Assembly: GCA_012862495.1 (NCBI GenBank)
Contig: BLSG01000208.1
Location: forward strand, 167,439-192,659
DNA length: 25,221 nucleotides
Source of the DNA: Thraustochytrium aureum
Lineage: Eukaryota
Reading direction: 5' to 3'
This document shows positions 1 to 9,742 of this stretch, piece after piece (the first letter of the stretch is position 1; each line of letters opens with the position of its first letter). The notes under the pieces are model-generated. The model was not told where the DNA came from, made no database searches, and worked only from the letters and a program-made list of their open reading frames with translations. The position numbers and the translations under genes are program-made.

Positions 1-76
1 AAAAGAAATGCAAATGTCGATCAAGAAAGCGCGTCTGATGAGCTTGGCTGCTCGCGGCTCTGGAGACCTGCGCGCC

Positions 77-1314
77 CTACTCTGTCTTGTGCTTGGTTGA
101 TGCGCCTGCCTTGGGCGCGCGCCACACGCGCTTCCACGAGCCCCGTAATGCGGTTACAAGCCCAAGCACGATTGGAAGCGTCGCCGGAAGGAGAAAAGGC
201 ATGAAAACGGCAAGCCAATGCTCGGGCGGGTAGTAGAGCTGGGGAAGGAGCGAGGGGTCGTAAAACGCTCGCTCAGCCTGCTCGAGCGCGCTGCGCGCGC
301 GGCCAAGGCACTGCCGCCCCCCACTTGAGCAATCGTCGACCGTCTCGAGGACCCGCTCCAGGTCGCCGAGAGAGTGCGCCACTGCAGACGCGACTCGCTC
401 CAGAACGGTCATTTCGGACGCCGTCTCGACCAACTCACTGAGCGCCTCGAGCGTGCTCGATGCCTTGGTCAAGTACCGCGCTGTCCATGCAGACGCGTCC
501 TGGCTCGAAATGCGGCCTTGCCCATCGGTTTGCACCCCGAGCGCCGAGCAGAGCTGGCTGCGCCACACAGCCATGGTCCCTTGGAGATCAGAAGCCGTGA
601 TCCACGCGGTCTCGTTCGCGGCGAATGGCAAGATGTCCACGCCCCCCCACCTCGGCACGGTGAACGAGGTCCGCGTGCGGTCTCCATCACGAACAACAAA
701 CCCAGCGCGCTCGGGCAAGTAGGCCATCAAGTGGACCTGCTGCTCGCGCTCGGATCGCGCGAGCGAGGCCGTGGCGAAGTCGTTGGCGCTCATGAAGCCC
801 TGCAGCTCCTGAGTAGTCACAGCTGCTGGGTCGGCGGCCTCGCGTGTCAGGCGGCCAAAGTAGACCACTTGGGCGTCCACGCTGAAAGCCGTGAGCGCGC
901 CGAGCTCCCTCAGCAGCGGATCGAGCCCCCCATGGATGGCCTCTTCGATATCCCAGCCGCATGGCCCCCTCGCGCTAGCGTCAACGGCGAGCACCAGCGA
1001 CACGCGCACATCGGTGGCGCCGAGCAAGCTCCCTGCAAGGACGCCTTTGGTTTTTTTGGTACTGGGGGCGAGCAGGCTGGTCGCGTCCCGGGCCCGGCTC
1101 GCGGCGCGGCGCACCCTCTCGTGATCGAGCGAGTGGCTCTTCTCAAAAGCAAGCCCGAGCGAGCTCGCCACCAGCANNNNNNNNNNNNNNNNNNNNNNNN
1201 NNNNNNNNNNNNNNNNNNNNNNNNNNNNNNNNNNNNNNNNNNNNNNNNNNNNNNNNNNNNNNNNNNNNNNNNNNNNNNNNNNNNNNNNNNNAGCAGCCTC
1301 GCCCACGACTCCAT
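77..1314 (-). CDS. PIGS: GPI transamidase subunit PIG-S/GPI17 (5' end uncertain; spans gap 1177-1291)
   Basis: The translation has PIG-S hallmarks: WDIEEAI...FSVDAQVVYF, FTVPRWGG, and C-terminal AERAFYDPSLLPQLYYPPEHWLAVFMPFLLP followed by a TM helix. The start is placed at ATG 1314 (MESWARL), beyond the gap. That frame extends upstream through a CTG repeat but meets TGA before any other ATG. Confidence 0.9.
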
Positions 1315-1346
1315 CGCTGCCGGGACGCGTCCAGGACAAGCGCGAC

Positions 1347-1347
<1 letters not shown>

Positions 1348-1377
<30 letters not shown>
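1348..1377. repeat. (CAG)10 trinucleotide microsatellite
   Basis: Ten perfect CAG units are read directly from the sequence. Confidence 0.97.
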
Positions 1378-1379
<2 letters not shown>

Positions 1380-1786
1380 CAGCGAGCGCGAGGCACACTC
1401 GTCCGGTGCCCAGGTCGCCTTCCCCGATGCGCTGCTGCGTCCCGGCGCCGTCGGCCCGCGCTCAACGTCGCTCTGAGCCGCCGGACAGGTTGGAGGAGCA
1501 GAGTGAAGGCAGAGTCACATCAGTCTCACAGCGCAAGCCACCACACACACCACCAGCGCGAGAGCTGTTGCGTGCGGGCTCGCGCGGCGCGTAGTGGGGC
1601 GTGGCGGTGCTGGGTACCGCAGGTCCGCCCTCGTCCAGTCGAGCCAGCGGTTGCTCGGTCCGCGGTGGTTGATTGATTGATAATCGATCCTTCGATCAAT
1701 CGGTCGTTCGGCCCGCTTGGTTGAACGCCGCGGTCGGTCGACTGTCTGACGGGACCGGAAGTGAAAGGGGGGGGAGCGAGGAGAGG

Positions 1787-2233
1787 ATGCGCGCGCTGGC
1801 CGCTGTTTTCGCAGTGCTCGCCGTCCTCCTGGCGGCGTGCGGCGTGGTTGGACGCTCCAGCGAGGACCACGAGGAGATCAACACGCTGCTGAAGGACACG
1901 GAGTTCATCAAAATGCTCGAGCACAACACGGAGAAGCACGACCGGCGTCTCGAGGAGCTCCAGCACAGGCTAGATGTCGAGCTGAAGCGGGTGAACAAGC
2001 ACTTTGAGGAGATGCTGGACAAGATCCACAACACGGAAAAAACGCTCGAGGCCAACTTGGAAAAGATCGAGCTGCAGGTGTTGGGCTCTGTGAACATCTA
2101 CAAAGCGCGAGCAGAGGAGTCGCATGGTTCGTGGAAGTGGCCGTTTGCGTTTCTGTTTGTCCTGCTGCTTGGCTTGTCCGGGTTTTTCACGCAGCTCTAC
2201 CGCAAGGCGACCAAGCACTCGCACCTCCTCTAG
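1787..2233 (+). CDS. 148-aa type I membrane protein (signal peptide, coiled coil, C-terminal TM, KHSHLL tail); resembles the stalk/TM part of ERGIC-53/VIP36-like proteins
   Basis: ATG 1787 begins MRALAAVFAVLAVLLAACGVVG (signal-like), followed by a heptad-rich region, the TM segment WKWPFAFLFVLLLGLSGFF and the tail YRKATKHSHLL-stop. Third codon positions are strongly G/C biased. The family link is from recall, not a search. Confidence 0.8.
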   Translation: MRALAAVFAVLAVLLAACGVVGRSSEDHEEINTLLKDTEFIKMLEHNTEKHDRRLEELQHRLDVELKRVNKHFEEMLDKIHNTEKTLEANLEKIELQVLGSVNIYKARAEESHGSWKWPFAFLFVLLLGLSGFFTQLYRKATKHSHLL

Positions 2234-2605
2234 ACCTCCTCCTACCTCCTCTACTGGATTGCAAGTAGACACCAATTGCTTTCAGCCGTATCGCAGCTCC
2301 GTGCACCGTACGTCAGAGAACCTTGCTGCCCTCGCGGGCCCTCTTGCGTCCCGCGGGCCCTCTTGCGTCTCGCGCCCTTTCTCTCGGCTCGCCGGCTGCC
2401 TGTGCCGCGCAAAGCGAGCAGACGCGCTTAGGTCTAGAGACAGGCACCGCGGGCGCAACGGAGACGTGGACAAGTCGGGAAATGAGCGGGAAAATCAACA
2501 ATGGTTGGGTTCTGCTGGCGCACGCCCCTAAGAAACCAGTGAGAACGGTAGCAGTGTCGCTCGTACAAGCAGCCACCAAGAACCGCGAAGGCCTCCACTT
2601 TTGCC

Positions 2606-3403
2606 TTAGGCAAACTGCGGCAAGCTCGAAAGCGCGAGTCAGCACAGAGTGGGCGGCTTTTGGCGCCTCGAGAAGCGATTGCGCACAACTTACAGTCTTC
2701 TTGGTCATGACGGCGTAAAACTCCTCGAAGCTGCGGCGAGAGACCAACCGCTCACGCGTCAGTGTACGAGTCAGTGTTGCGAAATCGTGCAAAGCTTGCA
2801 CGGGCGAATGAACGTTAAACCAGCCAAACGTACGAGATCTCGCCGTCGTTGTCCGTGTCGGCGCGCTCGATCATCTCGAGGAGCTCTGCGTCTGTCATGG
2901 TCTCCCCAAGCTCGTGCGCGACGCGCTTCAGGTTGCGGTGCGAGATCTTGCCCGAGTTGTCGTCGTCGAAGAGGTTGAACACCTTTTGGATGTCCTCGCG
3001 GGAGTCCTTGTCGCTCTGCGCCGTGCGAGAAGCGGTGGTTAGCTGCTGTATCTGAACGCGGCGCATTTTGCAGCCCCTGCTCTGCGCCGCCGCGCGATAT
3101 GAAGCCCCTGACTACAACTGCAACGGTTGCACTCACCATCTTGGCGGTCATCATGTCCAGGAACTCGTCAAAGTCGATCGAGCCCGAGCCGTCCTTGTCG
3201 ATATCGCCGATCATTTGGTAGATGGTTTGATTCTTGGCCTCGAATCCGAGCGACTGCATTGCAGCCTTAAGCTCTTTCGGGTCAATGGTGCCTGACCCGT
3301 CCGTGTCGAACAGGTTGAAGGCCTCGCGAATCTCCTCGATCTCGTCCTCGCTTAGGCCGGGGCGGTCGGTGTACTTTTTCGTTTTCCTGTTCACGCGGCT
3401 CAT
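2606..3403 (-). CDS. CETN: Centrin/caltractin (EF-hand), 164 aa; coding exons 3403-3137, 3015-2834, 2730-2694, 2614-2606
   Basis: The protein contains [26 protein letters not shown]...[13 protein letters not shown]...DDDNSGKIS...[23 protein letters not shown]. Three introns (121, 103 and 79 nt) have GTGAGT/GTACGT/GTAAGT donors, CTAAC/CTGAC branch points and GCAG acceptors. The exons sum to 495 nt, in frame. Confidence 0.97.
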
Positions 3404-3417
3404 CTTGCCCTTGCCTC

Positions 3418-3564
3418 CTGCAGCCCGCGCTCCGTCAGCCGCCGGCCTCTGGCACAAGATAGGCCAGGAAGGTGCGGGTCAACGTTGGTGGGCTGGCTGT
3501 GCCGCGCCTGCCGCCCGCCCGCCCGCCCGCCTGCCGCCCGCGCGAGCGCCACCTGGAAACTTAC
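3418..3564 (-). other. Putative 147-nt 5'UTR intron of the centrin gene
   Basis: Minus-strand GTAAGT donor at 3564, a CTGAC branch point, and a CTGCAG acceptor 14 nt before the centrin ATG. Confidence 0.7.
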
Positions 3565-3586
3565 TTGGTACTTCAACAGGTCTCCC

Positions 3587-3631
3587 GCTGCTGCTGCACT
3601 TGCTGCTGCTGCTGCCGCTGCTGCTGCTGCT
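3587..3631. repeat. Imperfect (GCT/CAG)n repeat in the probable centrin 5'UTR
   Basis: Interrupted GCT trinucleotide run, read directly. Confidence 0.9.
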
Positions 3632-4284
3632 CCGATCGCGGTCTGCTTGTCCCCTTGTTGGTCAACCACCGTGACGACCGTTAGCGATCCTCGTAACGCA
3701 CCTGGTCCTAATTACGTAATCGTTCGAATTTCCGGCGTCACAATGGTAACCAGGATGACGAGGGCCCGCGCTCGCACGGGACTGCGTCGGCCTCCACCTG
3801 ACCTCACTTTACGCCTCTAAAATGACGGCTCTGACCTGCTCCGCACGTCACTACACCACCCCCGTGACGCAAAACAAGGCGACAGTCCGTCCCGGCACAG
3901 CCTTCATAACCACCAATAAAGTGGCCTCCCTAATCCGCCTCTCGCGGAAACCGAGGGAATTTTTTCTCGTCGTTTCCTCGATGCAGAGCCTCATCAGAAT
4001 TCATTCAGAATTCAGGTGCGCCAGCGCACCGGGCGAACTAACTAAGTAGTAGGGGGCCGGCCTGTCAGTGAGGAGCCTACCTACCCACCACAACGAGCGC
4101 ACGTGCGCTTCACAAGGAATCGGCCGTTTCTGGCCGGTTTCCTTCAACTTTTCCCGCCGATAGTGTGCGCCTTACCTAAGCACCTGAACTGCTTTCGCTC
4201 TTTGCGTTGCACAAGACAACAAGACAAGAAAGAGACTCGAGCGAGGAGAAGGAGAACAACAAGCTCGCGCAAGTGGCAATGAAC

Positions 4285-4304
4285 GAATGAATGAATGAAT
4301 GAAT
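4285..4304. repeat. (GAAT)5 microsatellite
   Basis: Read directly from the sequence. Confidence 0.95.
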
Positions 4305-4678
4305 GCGTGAGTTGCCAGTGGATGAACGAATGACACACAGCCTGAATGGCATTCATCTTCATCATCATCATGTTGGACACTCCAGCTTCGGCCGAGTGCG
4401 CATTCGGCAGCTGACAGTCCGCATTGACCACACCCCTCCCCACCCCGAGGCGCACAGCGGCAGCGAGCTGGACAGGCAGGTCGGCAGGAAACCGCGCCAG
4501 GCGTGGTGCAGGCCTTGCTCCTGCGCGGCTCCTGCGCGAGCCCTGCTGGAGACTGTTTGGCGGTCCACTCGCTTGTGGTGGGTCTGAGCACCTGCTTCGG
4601 ACAGGCAGAGGTTGTGCGAGGCCTGACGCTGAGCCGCGCGGCGGTGGTGCCCGGTTACTTGCTCGGCTGTGCGGCACG

Positions 4679-6003
4679 ATGCTGAGCGCGGAGGAGAGGG
4701 CCAAGATGGAGGAGCAGGGGCGGCGGCCGCCGAGCGAGGTGGAGGCAAAACTGAGCAACGCGCTCGGGCTGAGGTACCACGAAGACCTGCGCACGCTGAT
4801 GTTTGCGTGCATTTACTTTAGCGTGGTCGCGCTACAGCTGCGGTTTGACTTTGAGTACCGGTGGCAGCGGTTCGGGCTCTTTTGGCTGACCGGGTTTCTC
4901 TCGTTCCAGGGCGCCGTCTCGGTGCACAACGCGGTGCACTGCCCGATCTTCAAGGAGTCGTGGAAAAACCGCGCGTTCCAGTGCGTGCTGTCGGTCTGGT
5001 TCGGCCACTGCGCGTCCTCTTACGTGCCGGGCCACAACCTGAGCCACCACCGCAACCTGCAGACGCCGAAGGACGTGATGCGAACCACCAAGATGAAGTT
5101 CCGCTGGAACTTNNNNNNNNNNNNNNNNNNNNNNNNNNNNNNNNNNNNNNNNNNNNNNNNNNNNNNNNNNNNNNNNNNNNNNNNNNNNNNNNNNNNNNNN
5201 NNNNNNNNNNNNNNNNNNNNNNNNNNNNNNNNNNNNNNNNNNNNNNNNNNNNNNNNNNNNNNNNNNNNNNNNNNNNNNNNNNGCGAACCACCAAGATGAA
5301 GTTCCGCTGGAACTTCCTCAACGGCCTGCTCTTCATGCCCACCATCTTGGCCTCGACGAGCGCCAACGACGCCGCCTACTTTAACGCGCAAAAGGCCTTG
5401 GGGCGGCCGATCTATTACCAGCTGCGCCTCGAGGCCCTCGTGTATGTCGCGTTCCAGCTCGTTGTGGCGGCGTACAATCCCTCCAAGTGGCTCTTTGTGG
5501 TGTGGCTGCCGTGCCTCGTCGGCAAGTACGGCATCATTTCGCTCAACATGCTGCAGCACGACGGGTGCGACACCGAGTCAAAGTTCAACCACTCGCGCAA
5601 CTTTGTGGACCCGCTGCTCAACTACCTGTGCTTCAACAACGGGTACCACAGCATCCACCACATGTACCCGGGCCGCCACTGGGCGCTCCTCGAGCACGAC
5701 CACAACACGCGAGTCAAGCCCTTCATGCACCCGAACCTCGACCAGCCCAGCATCTGGGGCTTTATGTTTCGCCAGTTCGTCTTCCCCGGCCTGCGCCTGG
5801 ACTATTTGGGCAACAAGGTGCCCATCGTGGACGACGGCGACGACCAGCCGTGGTTCTACGGAACGACTGAGAGCTACAGCGACCGCGATGTCGACACGCG
5901 CGTTTGGTCTGACAAGCTCTCCCAATTCGGCCCTAACGGCGAGCCGATTGCTGTGCTCGCTTCGCGGGCGGCCAAGTCGTACACCACTATGAAAGATGAG
6001 TAA
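4679..6003 (+). CDS. Membrane-bound fatty acid desaturase-family protein (three His boxes, no cytochrome b5 domain), ~373 aa after collapsing the false gap
   Basis: His boxes are HNAVH, HNLSHH and NNGYHSIHH, with intervening TM segments. The flanks of gap 5113-5282 share an identical 33 nt; merging them gives one continuous ORF of 374 codons. An alternative start lies at ATG 4706. Confidence 0.9.
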
Positions 6004-6406
6004 GCGCCTCGCAAAGAGCAAGCAAGTCGAGATCTTTACTTCTATTGTGTTCTGATCGATCCGCGCCCGCCTTTGGTTCGCCTTCAAAGCTGCCAGACTC
6101 GGGGCGAGGCAGGAGGCCCTGGTCTTTTCGGCAGCCAGTAGCTCTCAAGCTAGCTCTAGCTAGAGAGCTCGAGGTCTAATGGAGAGAAAAGCAACGAGCT
6201 GTCGGCCTATGCCCAGCCAGCAGCGGCCTGAAACACGAAGCGAATCAATCCAGCAGGTGAGGTGAAATCTCTATTTATCTAGTCCTTCCTCGGCCAGGCA
6301 GACCATCACCAGGACGCCAACAAGCGGACCTGCGCGTTGCACGGTGTCCCGGTCGGTCTCAAGGCTCGCATCGCGAGAGCGACCCAGGCCCGCACCGACC
6401 CTGCTC

Positions 6407-6439
6407 GAGGATGATGACGATGATGAGGAGGAGGAGGAT
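6407..6439. repeat. (GAT/GAC)n-(GAG)n compound trinucleotide repeat, intergenic
   Basis: Read directly; not embedded in a credible CDS. Confidence 0.85.
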
Positions 6440-6840
6440 GTGCCAGCACGCGGACGCAGCTCGAGAGCTTCACGTAGACCGCTGAGAGAAGGCCTGCGCT
6501 GGCGAGCGCAAGGCGCTGGGCCCCTCGACCAACATCGTGGCCGCGCAGGCGAGCCCCGCAAGGCCACCGGGCTCGCTCGCATGCGCGTCCTGGGCGCGTT
6601 TATTGCGCTGGCCGGCACGGTGGAACTCGGAACGTGGAGGAAGCGGCTGTGTCCGGCGTCGTATCCGGCCTTGCCGAGGTCGCCGTGGCGCGGCAGGTCC
6701 ACATCGGCATCGGCGCGTGGGGCGGCACGAGGAGCCGCGGCGAGCGAAGAGGGCAGGAGGCAGGCAGTTGCGCAAGCGGTGCGCGAAAAAGCTGGCGGCG
6801 TCCGCTGCGGGACTTGCAGCTCGGCGCGCGCGGTTGGAAA

Positions 6841-9742
6841 ATGTCGGGCGGCCCAGGGACGACCGCGCTGGCCGCGTTCAGCGCGGCGAGCCTGGCGGTG
6901 CTGGGATGGACGGCCAGGCGCGCGCACAGCGGGCGGGCGAGCGGCGCTTGGGTCAAGCCGCCCGTGGCCATGCACAAGGGGCGCAGCGTGCCGTTCGGAG
7001 CGTGGAAGGACGAAAACCGCGGGGAAAACCCCATGCAGCCGCCGCGCATGACGTACGACCCGTTCTTCTGGCTGCGCGACGACGAACGCAAGGACCCGGA
7101 CGTNNNNNNNNNNNNNNNNNNNNNNNNNNNNNNNNNNNNNNNNNNNNNNNNNNNNNNNNNNNNNNNNNNNNNNNNNNNNNNNNNNNNNNNNNNNNNNNNN
7201 NNNNNNNNNNNNNNNNNNNNNNNNNNNNNNNNNNNNNNNNNNNNNNNNNNNNNNNNNNNNNNNNNNNNNNNNNNNNNNNNNNNNNNNNNNNNNNNNNNNN
7301 NNNNNNNNNNNNNNNNNNNNNNNNNNNNNNNNNNNNNNNNNNNNNNNNNNNNNNNNNNNNNNNNNNNNNNNNNNNNNNNNNNNNNNNNNNNNNNNNNNNN
7401 NNNNNNNNNNNNNNNNNNNNNNNNNNNNNNNNNNNNNNNNNNNNNNNNNNNNNNNNNNNNNNNNNNNNNNNNNNNNNNNNNNNNNNNNNNNNNNNNNNNN
7501 NNNNNNNNNNNNNNNNNNNNNNNNACTTGGAGGCCGAGAACGGTACTGCGCGACCAACACCCAGCACCTGGCAGCACTGCGGGACGAGCTGTACACCGAC
7601 TTTTTGTCGCACCTCAAGGAGACGGACGAGAGCGTGCCGTACGCGTACGGTCCGTTCCTCTACTACAGCCGCACCGTCAAGGGATCTTCTTACCGCATCT
7701 ACTGCCGGCGCGAGCGCACCGACCCTGGCGCCGCACCCGCGCCGGAGCAAGTCTTGCTTGACATGAACGAAATCGCCAAGGGCAAAAAGCACTGCGACCT
7801 CGGCTCGATGGCGCCATCGCCCGACCACAGCGTGCTGGCGTACTCGCTTGACGAGAACGGGTACGAAACGTACCGGGCCTTCTTCAAGGACCTGCGCACC
7901 GGCAAACTGCTCGCCAGCGAAGAACTGCCCGAAATGACGGGCAGCCTGGCTTGGGGCAAGGACAACGCCACCGTGTTCTACTCGACCCACGACGCCGCCC
8001 ACCGCCCGCACAAGCTGTGGCGCCACGAAATGGGCACACCCGCCGCGCAGGACACGCTCCTCTACACGGAAGACGATGACATGTGGTGGCTCGGGTTTGG
8101 CAAGTCGCTCAGCGGTCGGTTCCTGATGTGCGAGACGGGGACCTCGGAGTCTTCTGAGATCCGCGTGCTGGACCTGGAGAAGGGCCCGAACGCAGAGCTG
8201 GAGCTCGTCCAAGCGCGCGAAAAGGGCCTGCGGTACTCGGTGGACCACTTTGGCGATTCATTTTACATTGTCACGAACGCGGACGGCGCGAAAAACCAAA
8301 AGCTCATGGTCGCACCTGTTCAGAGCCCCGGTCGGGCCAACTGGCGCGACGTGCGCCCCTACGACGAGAAGATCACCATCGAGGACGTGACCTGCTTCAA
8401 GTCACACGTTGTGGTGGAGGGCCGGGAGGCTGGGTTTAGCTGCATCTGGATCCTCGACCCGGCCACGGACGCCTTGGTCAAACTGGAGGGGTTCCCGGAG
8501 CCAGTCTCCACGGTCGGCGTGAGCGTGAATCGCGAGTACGACACCCCCGTAGTTCGTATCGTTTACGAGTCGCTTGTGACGCCGCTGACCACCTTTGACG
8601 TCGACCTGCGCACGCGCAAGATGAACAAGATTCACGTCAAGGAGGTGCCCAACTACGACGCCTCGCTGTACGTCTCAGAGCGCCTCTTTGCGACTGGGCA
8701 CGACGGGACGGCGATCCCCATGTCGATCGTGTACAAGCGCGGTTCGAGTTTTGGGACGGCGCCGCGCAAACCTGGGCCGCTGTTCCTCGACGGCTACGGG
8801 TCCTACGGAATCTGCAACGAGCCCAACTTTGCGAGCAACTACATCTCACTCCTGGACCGCGGGGTGGCCGTTGTGCATACCCACATTCGCGGCGGCTCCG
8901 AGATGGGCAGGACCTGGTACGAGGACCACGGCAAGTACCTGCAAAAGCAGAACACGTTCAAGGACTTTGTCTCGTGCGCGGAGCACCTTATCAAGGAAGG
9001 GTACACCTCGAGCGACCAGCTGGCCATCCACGGCCGCAGCGCGGGAGGCCTGCTCATGGGCGCGGTGCTGAACATGGCGCCGCACCTCTTCAAGTGCTGC
9101 CTCGCGGGCGTACCGTTTGTCGACCTCATGAACTCCATGTCGGACCCTTCGATTCCGCTGACTTGTGGCGAGTGGGCCGAGTGGGGCAATCCCAACGAGG
9201 AAAAGTTCCACGCCTACATGCTCGAGTACTGCCCCTACAGCAATGTCACCGCGCAGGACTACCCTGCGATGCTTGTTCTTGCCGGCCTGTACGACCCCCG
9301 AGGTAAGTTTTCGTTGAATTTTGGCGTGCGGCTGTTTCTGTTCGCTTNNNNNNNNNNNNNNNNNNNNNNNNNNNNNNNNNNNNNNNNNNNNNNNNNNNNN
9401 NNNNNNNNNNNNNNNNNNNNNNNNNNNNNNNNNNNNNNNNNNNNNNNNNNNNNNNNNNNNNNNNNNNNNNNNNNNNNNNNNNNNNNNNNNNNNNNNNNCG
9501 GCTGTTTCTGTTCGCTTGGGCTAACTGTCGGCCGGTGCGGTTCTGTTGCAGTGGCGTACTGGGAGCCAGCCAAGTGGGTGGCGCGTCTGCGGGAGCGCAA
9601 GACGGACTCGAACATCCTCATGCTCAAGACCGACCTGGACAGCGGGCACTTTTCGGCCAGTGATCGTTACAAGTACTACCGCGAGAAGGCTTTCGAGTAC
9701 GCGTTTGTGCTTGACCAGCTCGGCGTCAAGGGCAAGATGTAG
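6841..9742 (+). CDS. ptrB: Oligopeptidase B (prolyl oligopeptidase family S9A); gap 7104-7524, apparent 1-nt frameshift near 7542, intron 9303-9551
   Basis: N-terminal DPFFWLRDD...HLEAEN, then GYGSYG and HIRGGSEMG. The catalytic motifs are GRSAGG (Ser), YDPRV (Asp, restored by splicing G|GTAAGT...CTAAC...TTGCAG|TG) and GHFSASDRY (His). Confidence 0.95.

Noticed and set aside
374..1594. Long antisense or alternate-frame ORFs over real genes (also 6953-8248, 11598-12404, 13393-14424, 21343-22536)
   Set aside because: These are shadow ORFs caused by GC-biased codon usage, in several cases extended by runs of N.
2333..2369. 18-bp direct repeat CGCGGGCCCTCTTGCGTC, two copies
   Set aside because: A simple local tandem duplication with no spacers; not CRISPR-like.
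3994..4014. TCAGAATTCA direct repeat (also once at 14770), superficially like a heat-shock element
   Set aside because: The GAA/TTC spacing does not fit the nGAAnnTTCn pattern, and there are too few copies to support a claim.
6344..7051. ORF with an acidic EDDDDDEEEED tract
   Set aside because: The tract is a trinucleotide microsatellite, and the rest is Arg/Ala-rich off-frame translation overlapping OPB.
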